From assembly GCA_049606355.1 (NCBI GenBank), contig JBMYVL010000001.1, forward strand, positions 196,871 to 228,870: a stretch of DNA of 32,000 nucleotides, read 5' to 3'. This DNA is from Opitutales bacterium. Lineage in GTDB: Bacteria; Verrucomicrobiota; Verrucomicrobiia; Opitutales; Coraliomargaritaceae. The notes under the pieces were generated by a model. The model made no database searches and was not told the DNA's origin. It saw nothing but the letters and a program-made list of their open reading frames with translations. The translations under genes and the position numbers were made by a program. Below, piece by piece: positions 20,850 to 28,207 of this stretch. Numbering within the stretch: the first letter of the stretch is position 1; every line of letters begins with the position of its first letter.

Positions 20850-21992
20850 ATGATCGCACCCGGAAGCACGATTGGTATTCTAGGCGGTGGCCAACTGGGC
20901 CGCATGCTGATTTTGGCGGGGCGCACCCTCGGCTACCGTTTTTATGTGTACGAGCCGAACGGCCCCTGCGCCGCGGGTCAGGTCGCAGACGGTGAAACCA
21001 ATGCCTCCTATGAGGATACCGCCGCATTGCAAAAATTTGCCGAAAGCGTGGATCTCATCACGCTCGAATTTGAAAATATTCCAGCGGCAGTCATTGACCA
21101 GCTCAGTGCGATCAAGCCCGTTCTGCCCGGTCGCCTCGCGCTGCACACCTGCCAACACCGCCAGCGCGAGAAAGATTTCCTCAAAGCGAACGATTTTCCC
21201 TGCGCGCCCTTTGAATACGCGGATTCGGCAGACAGCTTAAAGGCTGCCGTGCAGGCTGTTGGCTTTCCCTGCGTGATTAAAACTGCGGCCTTCGGCTACG
21301 ATGGCAAAGGGCAAATCAAGTTGCGCACTGCGGAGGAAGCGGCCGATAGCGATTATTTGTGGGACTTCCTCGGTGCCCCGCCACGGGTCGTTGTGGAAAA
21401 ATGGATCCAGCATATCGGTGAGTTTTCGGTGATCTGTGCGCGCAAAGCAGATGGAAGCCAGACAACCTTCCCCATCGCCGAGAATGTTCACGTGAATCAC
21501 ATCCTACATGCCTCGATTGTGCCCGCGCGGATCACGGATGCCTCCGCGCGGAGTGCGGAAACGCTCGCACGAAAAATTGCCGACAAACTCGATGTGGTCG
21601 GTCTCATCGCCGTAGAACTCTTTCTCGACGAGGAAGGGCAGTGGATTGTCAATGAGATGGCCCCGCGCCCCCACAATTCCGGGCACTATAGCATGGACGG
21701 GTGTGTGACCTCCCAATTTGAGCAACACATCCGCGCCGTCACCGACTTACCTTTTGGATCCACCGAACTGCATCGCCCGACCGTGATGATCAATCTCCTC
21801 GGCGATTTGTGGGCCAAGGGCGACCCGAACTGGGCACAATTGCTCAGCGACCCGAACCTTAAGCTGCATCTCTACGACAAAGGGGAGGCACGTGCCGGCC
21901 GTAAAATGGGGCATTTCACCGTACTCGGCGACGAGCTCGAAGCCACTTTAGCTGCCGCGGAGGCACATTTTAAAGGCCTGCAGGACGCATAA
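20850..21992 (+). CDS. purK: N5-carboxyaminoimidazole ribonucleotide synthase (ATP-grasp)
   Basis: IGILGGGQLGRML N-terminus and an ATP-grasp core (GFPCVIKT...GYDGKGQ, NEMAPRPHNSGH). Start ambiguous among 20829 (GTG), 20841 and 20850. 20850 gives the typical N-terminus. Confidence 0.9.
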   Translation: MIAPGSTIGILGGGQLGRMLILAGRTLGYRFYVYEPNGPCAAGQVADGETNASYEDTAALQKFAESVDLITLEFENIPAAVIDQLSAIKPVLPGRLALHTCQHRQREKDFLKANDFPCAPFEYADSADSLKAAVQAVGFPCVIKTAAFGYDGKGQIKLRTAEEAADSDYLWDFLGAPPRVVVEKWIQHIGEFSVICARKADGSQTTFPIAENVHVNHILHASIVPARITDASARSAETLARKIADKLDVVGLIAVELFLDEEGQWIVNEMAPRPHNSGHYSMDGCVTSQFEQHIRAVTDLPFGSTELHRPTVMINLLGDLWAKGDPNWAQLLSDPNLKLHLYDKGEARAGRKMGHFTVLGDELEATLAAAEAHFKGLQDA

Positions 21993-22075
21993 GGGCTTGG
22001 CCGAAGCGTCACACCCAGCGCCCAACAAAAGATTCGACCTCACCGCAACGATCTTCAAGGTTCGCTGCACGCTTC

Positions 22076-23566
22076 ATGAACATCCACCCGTCCAGATCCG
22101 AATTCGACGCACTGACCCAGCAAGGGAACCTAGTGCCCGTCTATCTGGATTTAACGGCAGACTGTGAGACCCCGCTTGGCGCCTATTGCAAGATTCGCGA
22201 GGCCGGCCCTGCATTTCTGTTCGAGTCGATCGTCGGGGGGGAGCGCATCAGTCGTTACTCCTTTCTTGGTGCGAAACCACGCAAAATCTTCCGTATTTTT
22301 GACGAGTGCACCAGCATCACCACGCACGATGGCAATGTAATCGAAGTACCCACGCCCGCAGACCCGCTACAGCTCATCGAAGCAGAAATGGCCACGTACA
22401 CCCCGGTGCACATGCCAGGCATGCCTCCCTTCATTGGCGGCGCGGTGGGCTTCGTCGGCCATGAGTTTATTCACACTGTCGAGCCAAGTGTGCCCAAGCC
22501 GGCCGAAAATCCGGTGGGCCTGCCCACCTTGTACTACCTGATCACCGATTCGGTGCTGATTTTCGACCATGCCAAACAGGTTTTACGAATCTGCGTCCAT
22601 GCCAACTGTGCGGACCGCGATCCAGCCACTGCCTACGCTGCAGCGGTTGCTGAAATCGAGCGCCTCGTCGCCCTACTCGAAGGCCCTCTCACCTTAGCGC
22701 ATCGCCCCCTTCAAGAACCAGGCACGGTTACGGTCCCGCCGGGCAATTTCACCCAGGATCGCTTCGAGGCCGCGGTCGACCGAGTGAAGCACTACGTGCG
22801 CGCCGGAGATGTCATACAAACCGTTCTATCGCAACGGTTTGAAAAAGAATTTAAGCCGGCTCCAATTGACCTGTATCGCGCACTGCGCACCGTAAACCCT
22901 TCACCTTATATGTTCCTGGTGGAGGACCCTAATTTTGCGGTCGTGGGCGCTTCACCGGAGGTCCATGTTCGCCTCACGGGGGATCGGGTCGAAATTCGCC
23001 CGATCGCCGGCACACGCCATCGCGGCGAAACAGAAGCCGAAGACCTGGCGCTCGAGAAGGATTTGCTCGCCGATGCCAAAGAATGCGCCGAACATTTGAT
23101 GCTGGTTGACCTCGCCCGCAATGACATCGGTCGCGTGTGTCAATATGGCTCGGTCGAGGTGCCGGATTACATGACCATCGAACGTTATTCCCATGTTATG
23201 CACATTGTTTCGCAGGTCGTGGGAACGATTGCGGAGGGGCAGACCGCGTATGATTTGCTGCGGGCGACATTCCCAGCCGGCACCCTCAGCGGCGCCCCTA
23301 AAGTGCGCGCCCTGCAAATTATTTCCGAACTCGAACAGTGCCAACGCGGTCTCTACGGCGGAGCTTTGGGCTATTTTGGTTATGAAGGGAATCACGACTC
23401 CTGCATCGGCATTCGCACGGCGGTGATTAAAGATGGCCGTATTTACATTCAATCCGGTGCCGGCGTAGTCGCCGACTCGGTGCCCGAGAATGAATTCATG
23501 GAGACGGTCAACAAAGCCAAGGGGCTGTTGAAAGCGGTCGCCGTGGCCGAGCAAATGTTCGCTTAA
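22076..23566 (+). CDS. trpE: Anthranilate synthase component I
   Basis: 496 aa. Chorismate-binding family motifs LFESIVGGERISRYSF, IAGTRHRG, TLSGAPKVRA, GLYGGALGYF, IQSGAGVVADS. Confidence 0.93.
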   Translation: MNIHPSRSEFDALTQQGNLVPVYLDLTADCETPLGAYCKIREAGPAFLFESIVGGERISRYSFLGAKPRKIFRIFDECTSITTHDGNVIEVPTPADPLQLIEAEMATYTPVHMPGMPPFIGGAVGFVGHEFIHTVEPSVPKPAENPVGLPTLYYLITDSVLIFDHAKQVLRICVHANCADRDPATAYAAAVAEIERLVALLEGPLTLAHRPLQEPGTVTVPPGNFTQDRFEAAVDRVKHYVRAGDVIQTVLSQRFEKEFKPAPIDLYRALRTVNPSPYMFLVEDPNFAVVGASPEVHVRLTGDRVEIRPIAGTRHRGETEAEDLALEKDLLADAKECAEHLMLVDLARNDIGRVCQYGSVEVPDYMTIERYSHVMHIVSQVVGTIAEGQTAYDLLRATFPAGTLSGAPKVRALQIISELEQCQRGLYGGALGYFGYEGNHDSCIGIRTAVIKDGRIYIQSGAGVVADSVPENEFMETVNKAKGLLKAVAVAEQMFA

Positions 23567-23697
23567 GAGCCCCGCCCGATCGGTCGCAGCGAGGTGTAAG
23601 GAATTGTTGGATGCGGCGATTATAATGCTGAACGCGCTGTCGTACTCGGCTGTCTAAGTTATAGAGGGTCCATCAACAGCTCGCCAACCGCATCGTC

Positions 23698-24720
23698 ATG
23701 GCAAAAACAACGGCAAGTCCACGCAACCGTATCGCTCGGCAACTCGGTCAAACCGTACCGCGTTCCGGGATCGATCGTGCAGAAGTGATCACCGACGCAA
23801 AGGCATTACCCTCATCGGAGCGCAACGGCTTACGCGTCTACATGCAAGAGATCGGCAAGACTCCATTGCTGACGCCTGAAGAAGAAGTGGCGCTCGCAGC
23901 GCGCATCAAGCAAGGCGATAAAGCGGCTCGCGACCACATGATATCTGCCAACCTGCGTCTCGTGGTAAAAATCGCGCATGACTATAACAATTTTGGGCTC
24001 CCGCTGCTCGATCTAATCAGCGAGGGCAACATCGGTTTGATTAAAGCCGTCGAGCGCTTTGACCCATCCAAGGGCGGCAAACTGAGCACCTACGCCGCGT
24101 GGTGGATCAAACAATCGATCAAACGCGCACTGGCCAACCAAAGTAAAACAATTCGCCTGCCGGTGCACCTAGTCGATCGCATCGCTCAAATTCGGCGCGC
24201 CACCGCTCAGCTTGCGGAGGAACTGGACCGAGAACCGACCGACGAGGAAATTGCCTATGCCACCGATATTCCCGTCAATAAAATCGCCCACCTCAAATCC
24301 GTGAGTGTACGGCCCTCCTCACTGGACGCACCCGTCGGCGAGGATGGAGACACCAGTTTTGGCGAACTCGTCGGCGACGAGAATCAGGCGACGCCCCTCG
24401 AAAACCTACAGGAAAAGTCGATTAGTGACGACATTCACAGCATTCTCAACCACCTCGAGCCGCGTGAAGCGGCGATCATTCGCTTGCGCTTCGGCTTGGA
24501 TGGCGAACACCCGCTGACCCTTGAGGAAGTGGGCGAAAAGTTTAAGGTTACCCGCGAGCGCATTCGGCAAATACAAAATTTGGCGATCCACAAAATGCGC
24601 CGCATGCTCACCGATAACGAACGCCAACGGAGCGCTGCAGAGGTGCAGCAGGAGCGTGTCGAGGAAGGCAAACGTCAAGTACTCAAAGAGTTTTTCGCGG
24701 AAAATGCCGCGCTCAACTAA
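23698..24720 (+). CDS. rpoD: Sigma-70 family RNA polymerase sigma factor, RpoD-like (group 1/2), compact form
   Basis: Region 1.2/2 (YMQEIGKTPLLTPEEE, NLRLVVKIAHDY, DLISEGNIGLIKAVERFD, YAAWWIKQSI). Region 3 (TIRLPVH). Region 4.2 (TLEEVGEKFKVTRERIRQIQ). No long region 1.1. Has a roughly 36-aa C-terminal tail. Confidence 0.88.
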   Translation: MAKTTASPRNRIARQLGQTVPRSGIDRAEVITDAKALPSSERNGLRVYMQEIGKTPLLTPEEEVALAARIKQGDKAARDHMISANLRLVVKIAHDYNNFGLPLLDLISEGNIGLIKAVERFDPSKGGKLSTYAAWWIKQSIKRALANQSKTIRLPVHLVDRIAQIRRATAQLAEELDREPTDEEIAYATDIPVNKIAHLKSVSVRPSSLDAPVGEDGDTSFGELVGDENQATPLENLQEKSISDDIHSILNHLEPREAAIIRLRFGLDGEHPLTLEEVGEKFKVTRERIRQIQNLAIHKMRRMLTDNERQRSAAEVQQERVEEGKRQVLKEFFAENAALN

Positions 24721-24808
24721 CCGTCGCCAAAGCCGATAGGAATAGGGGCGCAATGACCGGTAAGCGTTTGACTCTGCACCAGATTCACCGCTAATTTATT
24801 AGGAAGTC

Positions 24809-25192
24809 ATGCCGCGCATTTGGATCCCAGTTATCGCCGCTCTGCTCGCCTTGCAAGGGCAGGCCGCGGTGTGCTGGATCGATGTGTGCGAAGCATCGGC
24901 AAGCGCCTGTTGTGCCACTGATGCACCGGCGCCCACTGGCTGCTGCGGCACGACGGATTCGCTTCCGATGCATAACCCTTGTGCGGGTGACTGTCATCTC
25001 GACGCCCACACTCACGACACGGCGTGGCTGCACCCTAGCAGTGCGACGCTGCTCGTGCCGCCAGCGCGTGCATGTATCCGCAGCGAGAGCCACCCACCAA
25101 ACGACGCGCTCCATCGGCCGCAACGCGTCAGTCCAATTAAGACCGTACCCGGACCGAAGGTTACGGTTCGGTATTCCGTCTGGCGGCTTTGA
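24809..25192 (+). CDS. Hypothetical secreted Cys/His-rich small protein (127 aa)
   Basis: ATG preceded by AGGAAG (24801-24806). Signal-like N-terminus MPRIWIPVIAALLALQGQAAV. Nine Cys including two CC doublets, plus an HLDAHTHD cluster. I recognise no family. Two other frames are also open here, so coding status is not certain. Confidence 0.5.
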   Translation: MPRIWIPVIAALLALQGQAAVCWIDVCEASASACCATDAPAPTGCCGTTDSLPMHNPCAGDCHLDAHTHDTAWLHPSSATLLVPPARACIRSESHPPNDALHRPQRVSPIKTVPGPKVTVRYSVWRL

Positions 25193-25311
25193 GGGTCGGC
25201 TTCTGGGCGCCCTGCGCCCACTGCACTTGTGAGTGCGCGCTGCCAATTCAGGAACGAGCGTGCCCGGCGGCCGCGCAGTCAATCGCTTCATATAGGGCAC
25301 GTATTAAACCT

Positions 25312-25731
25312 ATGAAATCTTTACTTCTCTCCACACTCGTGGCGACCGTCCTAGTTGGGCTACCCCTGCAGGCGCGTCCACAGTTTGCCCTTGCCTCTGC
25401 GGAAGACCGCAGCGAGGCGGCACAAAGCTATCTAATGAATCAACCCAACCGCATTGCGATTTATGCAAAGGGCTTTGTCTGCAGTTCCTGTGGCATCGGC
25501 CTGCGCATCCATCTGAAAAAAGTAGATGGTGTGGATACCACACAACTCGAGAACGGCATTCTAATGGATGCCTCCAAACAGCTGCTGATCGTCGCACTCC
25601 GACCCAATAAGCCACCCGAAATGAGTCATCTCCGCGATGCGATTTATAATGCCGGTTATGATCCAGGCCACTACTACAGGTGGAACGGACAGACAGTTGA
25701 TGTGTATCCCTTCCCACAGGAGGCCCCCTAA
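25312..25731 (+). CDS. Periplasmic heavy-metal-associated (HMA, MerP/CopZ-like) domain protein
   Basis: Signal-like MKSLLLSTLVATVLVGLPLQA. RIAIYAKGFVCSSCGIGLRIHLKKVDGV parallels the MerP GMTCxxC beta1-loop-alpha1, and DAIYNAGYDP parallels the HMA alpha2/beta4 region. Start set at ATG 25312 within the longer TTG-initiated ORF. Confidence 0.75.
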   Translation: MKSLLLSTLVATVLVGLPLQARPQFALASAEDRSEAAQSYLMNQPNRIAIYAKGFVCSSCGIGLRIHLKKVDGVDTTQLENGILMDASKQLLIVALRPNKPPEMSHLRDAIYNAGYDPGHYYRWNGQTVDVYPFPQEAP

Positions 25732-26561
25732 TGCGCGCGCCACAGCTCTTCGCTCGCAGCTTGGTGATCAGCGCCTTTGTGCTGACAAATCAGGCATTAG
25801 TAGCCGACCAACCCATCATGAACATGATGCCGCGCTGGGATGGTGGCTATGGGATACAGGTTCTTGCCGATACCGTACACCGCAGTGATTTAAAACAGGG
25901 CAGTGCCACTCTCGGGAAAGGGTTTACCGAAGCTATTCAACAAGTGCACCTACAAGGGGTGTACACTTGGGATCGTTCGGTACGCCTCACCTTCAAACTA
26001 CCGTACACCATCGACGCACGGCGGGAAGTTCTGGCGACAGACGGCGGGAAAATCGTCCAGCACGACGCCGGCATCGGTGATTTGACCTTAGCCTTGCCGC
26101 TCAAGCGCTATTTCAACCTCGCAGCGCGCAGTGGGAACTGGACCGTCGCTCCTCAAGTACGCATTCCTCTCGGTCAAGCAGACAGTGGTTACGAGGTCGC
26201 AAATCGCGTCTGGGGAGCCGGTCTTTCCATCGGCTATGAAACCGAAACCTACGATTGGTTTTTCGCCAGCAGCGCCAGCGCTTGGACGTTTGAGAGTCGG
26301 CAGCCCGCCGCATGGAGTCTCTCGATCGACCTCGGTTGGAATGCCCGCGACAACATGCAACTACTGTGGGAGAGCGACTTTAAGTGGGATGACGATGCAG
26401 CTTACACTTACGCTGCGGGACCCGCACTGTATTGGCGCTGGAATGACCACACTCATACTCGGATTGAGTGGAAGCACGACTTCATCTCAAGGGTCAGTCG
26501 GCACAAGGCCGACCACGGCAATACAGACCGGGTGAGCATCGGCATCGGCTTCGTCTTTTAA
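25731..26561 (+). CDS. Outer-membrane beta-barrel protein (MetA-pathway/'transporter'-like OMP family suspected)
   Basis: Signal-like N-terminus (SLVISAFVLTNQALVA). Alternating-hydrophobic beta-strand pattern throughout, a GIGD motif, aromatic girdle residues, and a C-terminal ...SIGIGFVF ending in Phe. The start overlaps the upstream stop (TAATG). Confidence 0.75.
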   Translation: MRAPQLFARSLVISAFVLTNQALVADQPIMNMMPRWDGGYGIQVLADTVHRSDLKQGSATLGKGFTEAIQQVHLQGVYTWDRSVRLTFKLPYTIDARREVLATDGGKIVQHDAGIGDLTLALPLKRYFNLAARSGNWTVAPQVRIPLGQADSGYEVANRVWGAGLSIGYETETYDWFFASSASAWTFESRQPAAWSLSIDLGWNARDNMQLLWESDFKWDDDAAYTYAAGPALYWRWNDHTHTRIEWKHDFISRVSRHKADHGNTDRVSIGIGFVF

Positions 26562-26570
26562 GCTACGGAG

Positions 26571-28160
26571 TTACGAGGGCGGCGATTCATCGTCGCCCTC
26601 ATTTTTGCGTATCCATACAACGACTACAGCGAGGCAGACCAGTGCCCCGCAGACGACCACAAACCAATCGCCCTGTAAGGTATAATACGATTGGCGGCGC
26701 AACCATTGCGGATATTGAAAGACGGAGAACTGCCCCCCGCCACGGAAATAAATACTTCCTTCTGCATCCACCAAAGTCTCGCGTATCGTGCCATACGCGT
26801 CAATCCAGCCACTCCAGCCGCCATTACCGCAGCGCACGACAGGCCTGCGATTCTCCACCGCCCGCAGGACCGAATGCGCGGCGTGTTGCGGTGCCCCGCC
26901 CTCTTCTCCGTACCATGCATTGTTGGTCGCGACGAACAGTACCTGTGCGCCGGCCCGAACACTGTCGCGCGCCAGCACGGGGAAGCTATCCTCGTAACAA
27001 ACCAATGAGCCAATGCGCAGGGTGTTGTCTTCGATCGACAACTCGATCAACCCCGCCGTCGTACCCGGAGTGAATGCACCGCCGACGGGTACCACTTTTT
27101 CAATAAAACCAAACGGTTTGGGCACATACTCCCCAAAGGGCACCAAGCGACGCTTGGCATAATAGTGCTCACTTAAGCCGGCCTGCGGATCAACCAGGAA
27201 GACCCCATTCTGCCACACATCCGAGTCTTGTAAGTAAGCGAGATTACCCATGAGTAACGGTCGCCCCAGCTCACGTACGAATGCTTCAATGCGCTGCTGC
27301 ATCTGCGGCTCTCCCAGCACGGGCCACGGTGTCGCGGCCTCCGGCCAAAGAATGACATCGCTCTCTAAATGAGAAACGAAGCGCGTCTGCCGCTCCAGCG
27401 TCTGCAAGTTCTGCTGCTCGCGCGCCGGCTCCCATTTTAAAACGGCTGGGATGTAGGGCTGCACCACGCCGGCCGAAAACAACGGCTCAGTCGACCGAAC
27501 CTGCGGCAGCGACTTAAAAAAGACTACGATACAAAGCGCCAACGCGGCAATTGCTGCGTACAGATCCGGGCTGAACCAACCCGTCAATAACTTGCGCTCC
27601 CGTGTCGTCGCACGTAGCCAAAGTGTCTGCGCCACGCAGAGATTAAAAAAGATCAGCAGGAAGGACACACCTGAGGCCCCCGTCCAAGCGGCAATTTGCA
27701 GCACCACTGGACGTTGCCACTGACTCAAGGCGATTGGCGCCCACGGAAAGCCCCACAGGGCCCATGAGCGCACCCACTCGAGCACGACCCACGCGCCGGC
27801 GAGCGCGGCAAACCCGAGCAGGCGCAGGCCGAACTGCCGCGTTTGTAGTTTGGGTAGGGCCCAATGTGCGAAGAGTGTCCAAGCCACAAAATAAATTGCG
27901 AGCACCGCGGACAGTGCTGCGGTGCCGAAGATGGTGACATGACGCAGCCAAATCAGGACCGCAGCCCAAGCCAACCAGCCGGAACCTGCCGCCACGGTTA
28001 AAGCCAGTCGTCGCGTCGGGCGGGTGGATAGCCACAACAACAGGGGCACAAATGCAATGTAGGCCGCCTCCGCAAATTCAAATGGCGGCAGGGACAGCAC
28101 CCACAAAAGCGAGGTCAACGCACCGGCGAAATAGCCCCATCGTGTTGTGTCGCGACTCAT
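26571..28160 (-). CDS. lnt: Apolipoprotein N-acyltransferase
   Basis: N-terminal polytopic membrane domain plus a C-terminal nitrilase-fold domain with WPE, the catalytic Cys context SLVCYEDSFP, and NNAWYG. Start set at MSRDTTRWGYF (28160), which avoids overlap with secA. Confidence 0.9.
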   Translation of the reverse strand: MSRDTTRWGYFAGALTSLLWVLSLPPFEFAEAAYIAFVPLLLWLSTRPTRRLALTVAAGSGWLAWAAVLIWLRHVTIFGTAALSAVLAIYFVAWTLFAHWALPKLQTRQFGLRLLGFAALAGAWVVLEWVRSWALWGFPWAPIALSQWQRPVVLQIAAWTGASGVSFLLIFFNLCVAQTLWLRATTRERKLLTGWFSPDLYAAIAALALCIVVFFKSLPQVRSTEPLFSAGVVQPYIPAVLKWEPAREQQNLQTLERQTRFVSHLESDVILWPEAATPWPVLGEPQMQQRIEAFVRELGRPLLMGNLAYLQDSDVWQNGVFLVDPQAGLSEHYYAKRRLVPFGEYVPKPFGFIEKVVPVGGAFTPGTTAGLIELSIEDNTLRIGSLVCYEDSFPVLARDSVRAGAQVLFVATNNAWYGEEGGAPQHAAHSVLRAVENRRPVVRCGNGGWSGWIDAYGTIRETLVDAEGSIYFRGGGQFSVFQYPQWLRRQSYYTLQGDWFVVVCGALVCLAVVVVWIRKNEGDDESPPS

Positions 28161-28207
28161 TCCAGCTTGTGCAGCACTGCGGTGACACGTCGTCGTGCCA
28201 ATGCGAT

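Noticed and set aside
23621-23626. A perfect TATAAT hexamer 72 nt upstream of the sigma-factor start codon.
   Set aside because: There is no acceptable -35 element (AAGGAA at 17-nt spacing) and no extended -10 TG. The promoter consensus of this lineage is unknown. Too weak to annotate as a promoter.
24809-25192. The idea that the small Cys/His ORF downstream of the sigma gene is a zinc-binding anti-sigma factor (ZAS).
   Set aside because: The ZAS motif is Hx3Cx2C in a cytoplasmic N-terminal domain. This ORF instead has HxxCxxxC, located after a signal-like hydrophobic N-terminus. The upstream sigma is RpoD-like rather than ECF.
24791-25300. A 169-aa minus-strand ORF and a 116-aa plus-strand ORF (24882-25232), both overlapping the Cys/His-rich ORF.
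   Set aside because: Both are extremely Arg-rich and lack signal or domain features. The 24809 frame has an ATG with an upstream AGGAAG, a credible signal peptide and an ordered Cys pattern. Coding status of the locus is still only moderate confidence.
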